Source: Candidatus Latescibacterota bacterium (GTDB taxonomy: Bacteria; Latescibacterota; CBDEFO01). From it: 64,000 nucleotides of DNA. Location of the stretch: assembly GCA_965248755.1 (NCBI GenBank), contig OZ252149.1:2066295-2130294 (forward strand), in the 5' to 3' direction. A program made the translations under genes and the position numbers. Positions 8,737-19,534 of this stretch are shown here, in pieces. A model generated the notes under the pieces. It did not search any database, had not been told where the DNA came from, and saw nothing but the letters and a program-made list of their open reading frames with translations. Within the stretch, counting starts at the first letter, position 1; every line of letters starts with the position of its first letter.

Positions 8737-10968
8737 TTGTTAGAGCATTTAGAAGGAACAATAGAGCGGATAACGTACCAGAACGAAGAGACAGGGTACG
8801 TGATCGCCAAGCTTGAGCCCAAAGGTGATCCCCAACTAAAGCGCAGGCGCAGTGCCCCATCGCAGAGATTCTGGGGGCAGAACAAGAGCGCTCTAAATCT
8901 GGTCACGATAGTCGGCGAAATGGCCTCAGTAAATCCGGGCGAGAACGTGACCGTAGAAGGCTACTGGACCACTCACCCCGAGTACGGCCACCAGTTCAAA
9001 ATTGAATCTTACAAAATAGTCCATCCTTCGACCGTAGAGGGTTTAAGGAAATATTTGGGCTCAGGGCTCATCAAGGGAATAGGACCTGTTACCGCCAGTA
9101 GAATCGTGGATCATTTCGGTCTGGAAACTTTAGAAGTTATCGAAAACGATCCCGAACGTCTATCAGAGGCTCCCGGTGTAGGTGAAAAAAGAGTCAAGAT
9201 GATAGGAAAGGCATGGCAGGAGCAGAGGAAAGTAAAGGATGTGATGCTGTTCCTTCAATCTCACGACGTCAGCACAGGATATGCGACCAAGATTTACAAA
9301 CAGTACGGAGACAATGCCATAAACGTAGTAAAGAATAATCCGTATCAACTGGAAAGAGATATATGGGGCATAGGTTTCCTGACGGCCGACAGGATAGCCA
9401 GGAGCATAGGGATAGAGAACGACTCCATCGAGAGAATAAGGGCAGGGATAAGGTATGCGCTCAATAAGCTCTCCGAGGAGGGACACATCTATGCGCCGTC
9501 CTTGGAACTTGTGGAGAAGGCTGTGGAGTTTCTGGAGGTGACGGCGGAGCTCGTATCTGAGGCTTTAGGGGTGATGGAGCAGGAAAAAGAGATTGTAGTT
9601 GAGGGTGGGAGAGTCTTTTTGCCCCCTTTATATTACGCTGAGGTGGGAATTGCTAATAACCTAAAGCGCCTAATGCTCTCCCCGCTCTTCGGGAGGAATT
9701 TCGACGCCCAGAAAGAGATAGAACACATAGAAAAAAGGAGCAGCATAAGATTCTCCAAAAGGCAAACAGTTGCGATTCAAACCTCCGTTACGGATAAGGT
9801 GATGGTCCTAACAGGGGGGCCAGGGACAGGAAAGACGACTATCACCAGGGGGATAATAGATGTCTTTGAATCCAACGGGCTGAGAGTTATGCTGTGCGCT
9901 CCTACAGGGAGAGCGGCCAAAAGGCTCTCTGAGGCCACCGGAAGGAGAGCACAAACCGTTCACAGACTCCTGGGATTCAAGCCGGGTGAAGGTGCTTTCC
10001 AAAGGGACAGGGAAAACCCCCTTGATCTGGATGTCCTTATTGTTGATGAGATGTCAATGGTGGATGCGCCCTTGATGAACAGCCTCGTGCGGGCACTGCC
10101 TCACCAGGCCAGGCTTATCCTTGTGGGAGACGCCGATCAACTGCCCTCGGTAGGGGCTGGAAATGTGCTGAGAGACATAATAGATTCAGGAGAAATTCCA
10201 ATTGTCGAGCTATATGAGATATTCCGCCAGGAAAGAGGAAGTTTGATCGTTACGAACGCTCATAAGATAAATAGCGGAGAATTTCCGTATATCAATAACA
10301 AAGATTCCAGGGATTTCTTCTTCTTAGAGGAGGAGGACACGGAGTCCATCCCGGGCATAATCGAGGATCTCTGCAAAAGGAGGATCCCAAAGAGGACGGG
10401 CCTTGACCCTATAGACGACATCCAGATCATCTGTCCTATGTACAAGGGAGAGACAGGTGTCACAAATCTAAACAGCAGGCTTCAGGAGGCTCTAAATCCG
10501 ATTCCAGAGATGCCAAAGAAGCCTGTTGATACCCTGAGAATCAGAAGAGGAAACACGGAGTACAGGGTCAAAGATAAGGTGATGCAGATAAGGAATAACT
10601 ACAGCAAGATGGTATTCAACGGAGACATAGGGGCGGTAAAGACGATAAATTTGGAGGATCAGAGCCTCAGTGTCATGTTCGACAGACTCGTGGAGTACGA
10701 CTTCCGAGAATTAGATGAGTTAATATTAGCGTACGCCGTCTCTGTGCACAAATATCAGGGCAGTGAGTGCAGGGCAATGGTTATGCCTTTGACGACCCAG
10801 CACTATATGATGCTTCAGAGGAATCTGCTGTACACAGCGGTAACAAGAGCCAGAGACATGGTAGTGCTTGTAGGAACGAAGAAGGCCCTGTGGATAGCCC
10901 TCAAGAACGATAAAGTGGCAGAAAGATACACGTCGCTGGACGAAAGGTTGCGCGCTTTAGGATGTTAA
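8737..10968 (+). CDS. recD2: ATP-dependent RecD-like DNA helicase (RecD2, SF1B)
   Basis: 743 aa. HhH region (GIGPVTASRIV), Walker A (GGPGTGKTT), Walker B (LIVDEMSMVD), and a C-terminal UvrD_C_2-like segment (AVSVHKYQGSE...TAVTRAR). Confidence 0.9.
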   Translation: MLEHLEGTIERITYQNEETGYVIAKLEPKGDPQLKRRRSAPSQRFWGQNKSALNLVTIVGEMASVNPGENVTVEGYWTTHPEYGHQFKIESYKIVHPSTVEGLRKYLGSGLIKGIGPVTASRIVDHFGLETLEVIENDPERLSEAPGVGEKRVKMIGKAWQEQRKVKDVMLFLQSHDVSTGYATKIYKQYGDNAINVVKNNPYQLERDIWGIGFLTADRIARSIGIENDSIERIRAGIRYALNKLSEEGHIYAPSLELVEKAVEFLEVTAELVSEALGVMEQEKEIVVEGGRVFLPPLYYAEVGIANNLKRLMLSPLFGRNFDAQKEIEHIEKRSSIRFSKRQTVAIQTSVTDKVMVLTGGPGTGKTTITRGIIDVFESNGLRVMLCAPTGRAAKRLSEATGRRAQTVHRLLGFKPGEGAFQRDRENPLDLDVLIVDEMSMVDAPLMNSLVRALPHQARLILVGDADQLPSVGAGNVLRDIIDSGEIPIVELYEIFRQERGSLIVTNAHKINSGEFPYINNKDSRDFFFLEEEDTESIPGIIEDLCKRRIPKRTGLDPIDDIQIICPMYKGETGVTNLNSRLQEALNPIPEMPKKPVDTLRIRRGNTEYRVKDKVMQIRNNYSKMVFNGDIGAVKTINLEDQSLSVMFDRLVEYDFRELDELILAYAVSVHKYQGSECRAMVMPLTTQHYMMLQRNLLYTAVTRARDMVVLVGTKKALWIALKNDKVAERYTSLDERLRALGC

Positions 10969-10990
10969 GAGAACTGAGAGGGGACAGAAC

Positions 10991-11932
10991 ATGAACCAGC
11001 AAGAATGGACAGAATGCAGAATACAGAAGCTGATAGATAACCAAGTCACAGAAAGCATAAATCTTGAATATAAAGGCAGTGGTGCTTTAAGTAAATCGGA
11101 TGGGAAAAAGAAAGAGATAAGCAAGGACGTTTCTGCATTTGCTAATTCAGCGGGAGGAACCATCATCTATGGAGTGAAGGAATATGATGAGGAAGACAAG
11201 AAGCATCTTCCTGAAAAGATCGATGGCGGAGTAGATCCCTCAGAACTCTCAAGAGAGTGGCTTGAACAAGTAATCAACAGCAACATCCAGCCCGTAATTG
11301 ACGGCCTGCTCATCCACCAAGTCGAGCTTGTAAAGCTTGTAAAGACCAATCCGGCTAATGTCGCCTACGTAGTAGAGATACCACAGAGCGAGAGAGCACC
11401 TCATCAAGCTTCGGACAAGAAATATTACAAACGGTACAACTTTCAATCTGTCCCGATGGAGGACTATGAAGTAAAGGATGTGATGAACCGGGTCAAAGTA
11501 CCTGTAATTGAACCTATATTCAGTCATCAGGCAGTTGAGAGAACATCAGACGCTCACACCTACGACTTACAGATATTCCTTAAGAACAAGGGAAAGATAA
11601 TGGTGAGAAACTTCTATCTACAAGTCACGTTTCCGAGTTCTCTAATCAAATATATAAGTAATCTTGATTATAAATCATTACTTTTAGATGATCGTTATGA
11701 TGAGCGTTATAGAGAGATCAGCATTAACAGTTATCGAGTCCTGTTTCCAGAAGAGAGATTCCACGTAACCGAGGGATTGCGGTATATACGGTATGAAGTG
11801 AACACAGAGAGTCATCACGAAATCTGTAAATATCCTGAACTTATGAAGTTAAAATGGGCACTGTATGCTGATAACATGCCACCGAAACGAGGGGAGATTC
11901 CTCTGAGTGATAGAAGGTTAAACGGGTTTTGA
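10991..11932 (+). CDS. AlbA_2 (Schlafen-like putative DNA-binding) domain protein
   Basis: N-terminus ESINLEYKGSG...DVSAFANSAGGTIIYGV matches the AlbA_2 (PF04326) signature (E..LEFK ... AfaNt.GG.l..Gv). Starts 23 bp after the recD2 stop, on the same strand. Confidence 0.6.
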   Translation: MNQQEWTECRIQKLIDNQVTESINLEYKGSGALSKSDGKKKEISKDVSAFANSAGGTIIYGVKEYDEEDKKHLPEKIDGGVDPSELSREWLEQVINSNIQPVIDGLLIHQVELVKLVKTNPANVAYVVEIPQSERAPHQASDKKYYKRYNFQSVPMEDYEVKDVMNRVKVPVIEPIFSHQAVERTSDAHTYDLQIFLKNKGKIMVRNFYLQVTFPSSLIKYISNLDYKSLLLDDRYDERYREISINSYRVLFPEERFHVTEGLRYIRYEVNTESHHEICKYPELMKLKWALYADNMPPKRGEIPLSDRRLNGF

Positions 11933-12043
11933 GAGATAGATAACAGAGAAGATGACAAAAGACCAAAGTGGTATTATTGAGGATTATCCTTCCCTGTCCC
12001 TTAAATACGATTATGGATATTATTCAGTTGAAAGACTAATAAG

Positions 12044-13189
12044 TTGAACCTAACCTCTAAAATAAAAAAACGCGCCGCAGACCTCGGCTTCGACCTTGTG
12101 GGCGTCTCCCGCGCTCTGCCACTTCCGGGAGGGGACTTCTACCAAGAGTGGCTGGAAAAGGGCTACGCAGGCAACATGGAATATATGGAGAGGAACGCGG
12201 AAAAAAGAAAAGATCCGGGGAATCTGATAGAGGGAGCCTTATCTGTTGTATCCGTGGGAATGAACTACTTCGTGAAGGACGACAACGCCCCCGAAGATGG
12301 AGGCATCTACGGAAGGATAGCGATGTATGCGCTGGGAGATGACTATCACGATCATATCAAGAAAAAGCTCTTCGACCTTCTGGACTTTATAGAGGAGGAG
12401 TACAGCGGGGAGGTTAAAGGAAAGGCCTATGTGGATACCGGTCCCGTCCTGGAACGTGAAATAGGGAACCTTGCGGGGATAGGTTGGTACGGCAAAAACA
12501 CGAATCTCATAAATAAAGAGATAGGATCGTGGCTCTTGCTGGGTGAGATAGTTTTGAATATTGAACTTGAGTACGACGAACCTGCTCTGGACCACTGCGG
12601 GACATGTACAGCGTGCCTCGATGTCTGTCCGACTGAGGCGCTGGTTGATCCTTACGTTCTGGACTCGACGCTGTGCATTTCCTATCTGACTATAGAGTTG
12701 AAAGGACCGATCCCTCTCGAACTCAGGCCCCTTGTAGGAGACTATATATTCGGGTGTGACGACTGTCAGGATGTGTGCCCCTGGAACAGCAAAGCTGAAG
12801 AAACAGATGAACCGGCATTTCAGCCGAGAGACGGCTTTTCTGCGCCCTCTCTTGTCTCCCTTATGGGAATGGACGATAAGGCGTTCAGGTCACGTTTTAA
12901 GGGCAGCCCGATCAAAAGGGCAAAAAGGAGGGGGTTTTTGAGAAACGTGGCTGTCGCTCTTGGAAATTCTGGGAAGAAGGAGGCTATCCCCGTTCTTGTA
13001 AAATCGCTGGGGGACGACGACCCGCTCATACGGGGTCACTCTGCGTGGGCGTTAGGTCAAATTGGGGGAGATGAGGCAAAGAACGCTATGGAACAGGTCT
13101 TGGAGGTAGAGAACGATGAGGTGGTAACAAAAGAATTAGAGTATGCCCTACACAGTCTTAAACTAATGGGAACGGGTCTGCATAAATAG
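12044..13189 (+). CDS. queG: tRNA epoxyqueuosine(34) reductase QueG
   Basis: 4Fe-4S ferredoxin motifs (CGTCTACLDVCPT, CDDCQDVCP), a conserved GWYGKNTNLI, and C-terminal HEAT repeats (PLIRGHSAWALGQIGG). TTG start. Confidence 0.85.
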   Translation: MNLTSKIKKRAADLGFDLVGVSRALPLPGGDFYQEWLEKGYAGNMEYMERNAEKRKDPGNLIEGALSVVSVGMNYFVKDDNAPEDGGIYGRIAMYALGDDYHDHIKKKLFDLLDFIEEEYSGEVKGKAYVDTGPVLEREIGNLAGIGWYGKNTNLINKEIGSWLLLGEIVLNIELEYDEPALDHCGTCTACLDVCPTEALVDPYVLDSTLCISYLTIELKGPIPLELRPLVGDYIFGCDDCQDVCPWNSKAEETDEPAFQPRDGFSAPSLVSLMGMDDKAFRSRFKGSPIKRAKRRGFLRNVAVALGNSGKKEAIPVLVKSLGDDDPLIRGHSAWALGQIGGDEAKNAMEQVLEVENDEVVTKELEYALHSLKLMGTGLHK

Positions 13190-13217
13190 CAACTTTTTTG
13201 GCACTGGAGGGTTTCAA

Positions 13218-13609
13218 ATGTCCAGCACAACCACGCAGAACGCAATTGAGTGCATCATTCCAATCCTGAGTGTCAAGGATATTTCAGACAGCATAGATTA
13301 CTACGTAAAGGTGCTTGGCTTCAAGAATGAAGGTCTTATGGCGCAGACTCACCTACATTTTCAAGCGTATCACGTGACAGCTTTTCCATCTACCTATGCC
13401 AGGATGCCCAAGGCCAACGCGGGACATGGATCTGGATCGGCGTTGAGGATGCTGATGCACTCTTTGAGGAGTATAAGGCGCGGGGCGCTAAGATCCGACA
13501 CGAACCGACAAACTATTCCTGGGCATATGAAATGAGAGTCGAGGATCCTGATGGTCACGTTCTGCGCATTGGTTCAGAACCAAAGGAAGGTGAGCCTTCC
13601 AAGGACTGA
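13218..13609 (+). pseudogene. VOC (glyoxalase/bleomycin-resistance) family gene with a frameshift near a T-run at about 13360
   Basis: The N-terminus (IIPILSVKDISDSIDYYVKVLGF) is in one frame. The C-terminus (RDSFSIYLCQDAQGQRGTWIWIGVEDADALFEEYKARGAKIRHEPTNYSWAYEMRVEDPDGHVLRIG) is in the +2 frame and ends at 13609. Confidence 0.6.
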
Positions 13610-13689
13610 AATTGTCATGCAACTACGAGTGCCAACCCGCGGATGAACCAGCCGCGGTAATGGAGAACCAGTAACACAAGTAGACAGCG

Positions 13690-13870
13690 TACAGAAAGAA
13701 AGGATCTCAGTGAGATTGCTTCGGGGTGAAAGCCCTCGCAATAACTCCGGTAAAGTAACGGTCATTGTGAATCGACTACTACGGCCATCGCTAGTAGCTC
13801 CTCTGTGTCAGTGCGACCCCGTCCGATTGAATCTATCGGGGTTAGATCGGGGGAAGGAAACGATCTCACT
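13690..13870. repeat. composite repeat copy (GAGATTGCTTCGGGGTGAAAGCCCTCGCAATAAC module plus CCCCGATTGAATCTATCGGGG hairpin in reverse orientation)
   Basis: Both motifs match the family consensus. Intergenic. Confidence 0.65.
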
Positions 13871-14255
13871 TACGCTGTTTATCCCTGCATTAGTGTCCGA
13901 AATATTTTGATCTGATACTTAGAATTCAGTATTAGAAGAACCCAGTTGTTGCGGAATAATACAAATAGAATGTCAAAACGTGACCCAGATCACAAACTTT
14001 GATTTTAGATATGCGTATCGTTCTGTTGATGTTTCTTATGGGATCATGTATTTTTATTTATTTGTTCCCCCCTTCCAGCAGCGAAATCTCCCAAATTAAA
14101 GCGGGAGGTTAATTGATGGTCGGATAGATTAACTATGTACAAATGTAGCTGCAGAAGGAAGGAGATTAAAGCGGATCAGCAACAACTACTAATGGTGCAC
14201 GAACTTTCTTATTTTTTTTGTTTCTACAGATATTTCCACAGTAAAGGAGAGCTTT

Positions 14256-15842
14256 ATGATGTTAAACTTACGAAAGTCTGTTCTAGCGCTGGCGGCTATT
14301 ACTTTTTTCTTCGGAATCATTACGAGTGCTCACGCCCAACTGACCAACCCGAGCTTCGAGACAGGTGACCTAAAGGGTTGGCACTCCTCTGGATCTGTCA
14401 CAGTCGTTAGGTTCGGTGGTGGTAATTACCCAAAAGACGGCAAGTACTTTGCCTTTCTCACGGCCAGTGTGTACGGTAGCACCATTTCGCAGACATTCAC
14501 TGCAAATGCGGGAGACAAAATCTCAGGCTGGGCCTTCTTCAACGCGCAAAGCGGGTCGGCGCAGGTGCAGATCACAGAGAGCAGGTCCAAGGGTGTCTTT
14601 AAAACCTCAATTACGAGCCCTAAGTGGACCAGTTGGGAGTACAGGTTTAAGAAGAAGGGAAAGTACACCATAAAGGCGCTTCTCTTGCTCAAGAAGGGAG
14701 TCAAAGTCAAGAAGGGCAGCGGCATGGGGTTGGACGGCCTTGTACTTGACAGCAGGAACCGCCCGCCGACGGCAGATGCTGGTCCTGACCAAAAGGTAGA
14801 ATGCGTGGGTCCCGCAGGAACAAAGGTAACCCTGGACGGATCGGGATCAAGAGATCCTGATAAGAATTATCTTAGGTACACTTGGAACGGATCCTTCGGG
14901 ACGGTCACCGGCGCGAGTCCGACGGTAGTCCTCTCCCACGACATCCACACCATCACGCTTACGGTGGATGACGGCAAGGGCGGGAAGGATTCAGACAAGG
15001 TGGTCATCACGATTGTGGACACCAAGCCTCCTGAAGTCACCGCCGCGTTGGATCCCATCCAAGGGGAAGATGATGATGGGGACGAGGACGACAAGAACGA
15101 TTACGCCGTTGTGTATAGTGCTACCGATGCCTGCGATCCCAATCTGAGCCTTGAGGCAGTGATTGAGTTGCCGGATCTGGCGAATCCGAAGGTCAAATTT
15201 AAAGTGAAGGACCGCAACAAAATCAAGATTGATCTGAAGAAGAACAAGGTGACGCTGGAAGGCCCTGATCCTGAGGGACTCTGGGTACAGATTCAGAGTG
15301 CCGGCGGGATTGAGGTCGCCAATGGGCAGGAGCTGTCTATAAAGGTCAAGACCGGCTATAATAAGTATGAATACAAGTTCGATAAGGACGGGAATCTGGT
15401 GAAGGTCAAAGCTCCGGAGGCGACGTTACTGTGCACGGCCACCGATGCGTCTGGCAATGTGGGAACGGCTACGGCCAGTCTGCCTCTGGTGGTGGCAGAG
15501 GGTGATGATGGCGACGATGATGATATTCCTGGAAAGGGAAAAGGGAAGCCGTCTCTATTACCTGAGGGCTATGCCTTACAGCAGAACCATCCGAATCCGT
15601 TCAACCCTGAGACGATGATTACGTATTCACTCCCGGAGGAAACACACATCCGACTGGTGGTCTACAACCAGATGGGTCAGATTGTACGAACGTTGGTGGA
15701 TGGACACAGATCAGCAGGAAGCTACTCTATAGTCTGGGATGGCAGGGATAGTAACGGAGAGAGCCTCGCCAGCGGAATCTATCTGTATCGAATAGAGGCG
15801 GATGGATTTGTACAGACGAGGAAAATGAGTTTAATGAGGTAG
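14256..15842 (+). CDS. secreted PKD-domain protein with a T9SS type A C-terminal sorting domain
   Basis: Signal peptide, a PKD-like segment (ADAGPDQKVECVGPAGTKVTLDGSGSRDPD..YTW), and a C-terminus LQQNHPNPFNPETMITYSLPEETHIRLVVYNQMGQIVRTLVDG..SGIYLYRIEADGFVQTRKMSLMR. The last stretch is the classic T9SS type A CTD. Confidence 0.8.
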   Translation: MMLNLRKSVLALAAITFFFGIITSAHAQLTNPSFETGDLKGWHSSGSVTVVRFGGGNYPKDGKYFAFLTASVYGSTISQTFTANAGDKISGWAFFNAQSGSAQVQITESRSKGVFKTSITSPKWTSWEYRFKKKGKYTIKALLLLKKGVKVKKGSGMGLDGLVLDSRNRPPTADAGPDQKVECVGPAGTKVTLDGSGSRDPDKNYLRYTWNGSFGTVTGASPTVVLSHDIHTITLTVDDGKGGKDSDKVVITIVDTKPPEVTAALDPIQGEDDDGDEDDKNDYAVVYSATDACDPNLSLEAVIELPDLANPKVKFKVKDRNKIKIDLKKNKVTLEGPDPEGLWVQIQSAGGIEVANGQELSIKVKTGYNKYEYKFDKDGNLVKVKAPEATLLCTATDASGNVGTATASLPLVVAEGDDGDDDDIPGKGKGKPSLLPEGYALQQNHPNPFNPETMITYSLPEETHIRLVVYNQMGQIVRTLVDGHRSAGSYSIVWDGRDSNGESLASGIYLYRIEADGFVQTRKMSLMR

Positions 15843-16076
15843 GTTCTTTGTCCCATCTCACACAAGCTCACAGAATGTCTAACAAACATCCCGTCAGAAA
15901 TGGCGGGCTGTCTCTTTGGTCATTTATAGGACTGACCATTGAGTCAGAGTGGCAAAACCGCATTGCAGGATTGTAACAACAATTTCAAGACGTGTTTGAG
16001 GCTCTGGGCGCTACACAGTACTAGGAAGGCACAGGGGATTATGCCAGCACAGAATAAGCTTATCATTCTAATACCG

Positions 16077-17177
16077 ATGAATAAAACGAAAAGACCGATT
16101 TTCTACACTGGCCTGATGCTCTTTATCGCCTTGAATACACTTGTCTGCACAGGGGATCTTTTCGGATCTCAGTCCCCGATTGAATCTATCGGGGACAAGC
16201 TCGTGGGCGATTTCGACGGAGACAATGACGTAGATCTCTCTGATTTTGTTCTTTTTGTGGATGTGTTTGGAACGACGTTCAGTTCAGCGGATTGGAATCC
16301 TGTGTTCGATTTGGATGATGATGGCGAGATCAGTTTGTCCGACTTTGTGATCTTTGTGCACAACTTCGGCAAGAGTGTAGAGAAAAATGTCTCCGTCAAA
16401 ACTGAAAATCAAAGAACTATATTGTCTTTTCCCGACTATACCCTCGCGGTACAGTATGGCGAACCCGTTGGCATTGTTTCGCTTAAACTTACTGATCAAC
16501 AGACGGATTTTGTGCACCGGAACCTGCCCTTAGGAGACTAGGAATGGTTCAAGATAGATCTGAACGGTAGTCAGGTATGGCTAAAACTGATTATGCCTGA
16601 GTGGAGTAGCCCTGTTCTGCAAACGGCTGGTGATCCTGTTGTCCTGAGGTTTACCAGAGAAAACGCAATTGCTCCAGGTATCACTCTGGGGATCGAATAC
16701 ATCCTGAAGCGCGACAGACCAGAATTCGATATACACTATTCTATCATCAATTCATCTGGACAGACGCTGAAAAAGCCTTATGTGATGATCGGCTTTCCGG
16801 GATTCTCAAATTACGAACAGGTTTCCTCTGTTGAAACTGCGCTTGAAACCCGTGTCACCGCAAGCCCTTACACCAATTTCCGCGATGAGGCAATTGCGCT
16901 TAATAGAGCTGAATACCTGCTGTTGCGTCACGATGTGTCTCCTCGTTCAGGTTCCCTCGATGTCCTAAAGGGAGTTGTCTCTATTAAAGAATCCAGCCGG
17001 ATCATCACACTGGAATCTTCTTTTGTGCCTGACAAGACATACAGTGAGGTCTACTCTGCCCATGTCAATAAACCTGCGTACTTGACGAGCCACATCTATG
17101 CCTTTCTCACCGATATCCCGAATGGAGAAGAAAGAAGAATCACTATCCATTACACCGTCTATGAGAAAGAACCATAG
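16077..17177 (+). pseudogene. secreted dockerin-repeat protein; two ORFs in the same frame joined by a single in-frame TAG (16539..16541)
   Basis: Signal peptide MNKTKRPIFYTGLMLFIALNTLVC. Dockerin type-I pair (GDFDGDNDVDLSDFVLFVDVFG, DLDDDGEISLSDFVIFVHNFG). ORF 16593..17177 continues in the identical frame after the TAG. The hairpin repeat is embedded in-frame at 16166..16190 (QSPIESIGDK). Confidence 0.45.
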
Positions 17178-17216
17178 GTAAGGGACAGATAAGGCAAGAT
17201 TGCTTCGCCACTTCCT

Positions 17217-19052
17217 TTATCTTCTCTCTCCGAAGTGGTCCAGAAAGACAACAAAGTCACTGAGCTCTACTTTATCGTCTCCATCGAGGTCGAATTTCTC
17301 GTCGAATGCGGTACCACCTAAGCTTGATCCGAAGGCATCAAGGAATAGAACAAAGTCAGCAAGTCCCACCTCGTCATCTTCGTTGAAATCCCCTATAATT
17401 TCAGGGACGTTCTTTACAACAATTCTCACAGAGTGGGCTTGACTATCCGCTTGTCCGTCGCTGACGACAAGTGTAAAGGTTAATACTAAAGTCTCCGCAA
17501 CATCAGGAACAATAAATGTCGGACTTTGAGTTGTTCTGTCTGATAACGTGACCACAGGACCTGACACCTGACTCCAAAGATATGTCAAAAGATCTCCATC
17601 AGGATCGCTGCTGCCAAAACCGTCCAGAATCACCCTGACCCCCTCGTCCACTCTCTGATCCACTCCAGCATTGGCTATTGGAGGCTTGTTGACATCGTTT
17701 ACGGTAATGCTCACAGAGTCGGGCAAACTCTCCAGTTCCCCATCGTTGACAACAAGAACAAACGTTAATAGTTCTGTCTTTGTGACCTCAGGGGCTACAA
17801 ATGTCGGACTCTGAGTTGTTCTGTCTGATAAAGTGACCATAGGGCCTGATAACTGACTCCAAAGATATGTTAAAACATCTCCATCAGGATCGCTGCTGCC
17901 CGAACCGTCCAGAATCAACGTGTCCCTCTCGTCCACTCTCTGATCCACTCCAGCATTGGCTATTGGAGTCTTGTTGACATCGTTTACGGTAATGCGCACA
18001 GAGTCGGGCAAACTCTCCAGTTCCCCATCGTTGACGACAAGTGTAAACGTTAATATTAAAGTCTGCACAACCTCAGGAGCGACAAATGTCGGACTCTGAA
18101 CCGTATCGCTCGACAGCGTGACCGAAGGACCTGACACCTGAATCCAAAGATATGACAGAATATCTCCATCAGGATCGCTGCTGCCAAAACCGTCCAGAAG
18201 CACCCTGTCCCCCTCGTCCACTCTCTGATCCACTCCAGCATTGGCTATTGGAGGCTTGTTGACATCGTTTACGGTAATGCTCACAGAGTCGGGCTGACTC
18301 TCCAGTCCCCCATCGTTGACGACAAGTGTAAACGTTAGTATTTCTCTCCTTGTAACCTCAGGAGCTACAAACGTCGGACTTTGAGACACATCGCTCGAAA
18401 GCGTGACCGAAGGTCCTGACACCTGAATCCAAAGATATGACAGAATATCTCCATCAGGATCGCTACTGGCCGAACCGTCCAGAACTAGCGTGTCTCCCTC
18501 GTTTACAGTGGTGTCTACGCCGGAGTATGCGGTGGGAAGCTCCGGGAAGAAGACCGTCCTGGTCAAAATTGAAACAGCGACTCCCCCTTCATTTACCTCA
18601 AATCTATCGATCGTAAAGTTCCCGATGCCCTGGGGATCTATCACCTTGAAAGGAATTCGCAGGATCTCACCGGATCCCTCTATTGGAGAAGCCGAAGCAA
18701 ATGCCACCTTTACTGTATTTCCGACAGTGTTTGGAAAAAACAGAAAGCTACCTGTTATTGCGTGGGTTATTTCATCGGTTATTACATTGAACACATCGCT
18801 GCTGAATGTGATAAATATCTCGATAGAGTTTACACTGTCCTCCAAAGCGATAGTATCTACAACGACGGTGATGAATAAGGTGCTATCGGTCATCTCTTGA
18901 ACAGGACCGAGCCAGACGTTGATGTCACCATAGGCAGTGTGTGCAGTCGAGATAACCAGACCCACAGCGAAAGTGGACAAACCCGAAAAGATGGCCAAGA
19001 CATTTTTGAATCTTTCCATAGCTTCTGGTGCCGAGGGAAGATCCCGACTCAC
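17217..19052 (-). CDS. secreted protein with four tandem PKD/Ig-like repeats and a C-terminal dockerin
   Basis: Signal peptide. Four repeats of about 96 aa (PIANAGVDQRVDEGDRVLLDGFGSSDPDGDILSYLW...VNDVNK). C-terminal dockerin pair (GDFNEDDEVGLADFVLFLDAFG, DLDGDDKVELSDFVVFLDHFG). Confidence 0.75.
   Translation of the reverse strand: MSRDLPSAPEAMERFKNVLAIFSGLSTFAVGLVISTAHTAYGDINVWLGPVQEMTDSTLFITVVVDTIALEDSVNSIEIFITFSSDVFNVITDEITHAITGSFLFFPNTVGNTVKVAFASASPIEGSGEILRIPFKVIDPQGIGNFTIDRFEVNEGGVAVSILTRTVFFPELPTAYSGVDTTVNEGDTLVLDGSASSDPDGDILSYLWIQVSGPSVTLSSDVSQSPTFVAPEVTRREILTFTLVVNDGGLESQPDSVSITVNDVNKPPIANAGVDQRVDEGDRVLLDGFGSSDPDGDILSYLWIQVSGPSVTLSSDTVQSPTFVAPEVVQTLILTFTLVVNDGELESLPDSVRITVNDVNKTPIANAGVDQRVDERDTLILDGSGSSDPDGDVLTYLWSQLSGPMVTLSDRTTQSPTFVAPEVTKTELLTFVLVVNDGELESLPDSVSITVNDVNKPPIANAGVDQRVDEGVRVILDGFGSSDPDGDLLTYLWSQVSGPVVTLSDRTTQSPTFIVPDVAETLVLTFTLVVSDGQADSQAHSVRIVVKNVPEIIGDFNEDDEVGLADFVLFLDAFGSSLGGTAFDEKFDLDGDDKVELSDFVVFLDHFGERR
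17425..18565. repeat. about 288-bp tandem coding repeats, four copies (the PKD-like domains of the 17217..19052 gene)
   Basis: Near-identical nucleotide stretches recur at about 288-bp spacing, e.g. ccagcattggctattggaggcttgttgacatcgtttacggtaatg. Confidence 0.7.
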
Positions 19053-19164
19053 CCGGGGTGAGGAATCAGCACTTTCTCCTTTCTAAGTATCGGGTCAAAA
19101 TAGTCTGGAGGTGACTATAGCGATCCAGAATAGCACACACCAAATGGTAGACCAGGCATTTTAA

Positions 19165-19230
19165 GTGAGATTGTTTCGCTGACCCTTCGCTTTGCTCTGG
19201 GCTTCCCCGATAGATTCAATCGGGGCTCCC
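19165..19230. repeat. composite repeat copy (GAGATTGTTTCGCTGACCCTTCGC module plus CCCCGATAGATTCAATCGGGG hairpin at 19205..19225)
   Basis: Sequence match to the family. Intergenic, upstream of the FG-GAP gene. Confidence 0.65.
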
Positions 19231-19534
19231 AATGATATCTCTTACCTTCAGTGATCGCGAGGGCTGAAACCGCGTGGCAATCTGAACGGAAGGGAGGATC
19301 TGTCTCTTACTACCATATGCTGTCTATGGTTTACTTACTATAATATATCATCCTTTCCTTGGATAGGCAATATCCTTTCTTGCTTGAGACAATTTCTGAT
19401 ATATGAACAGGAAGAAAAGCTTGCTGCGAAGTTGAATCCTCTTTACATCCTGAAAGAAATTTAGTAGTATAGCTCAAGTTGTGCCCTCGTACTAAGACGC
19501 CAAACTCATCAGAACTCAGTTCAAAGGATAACAA

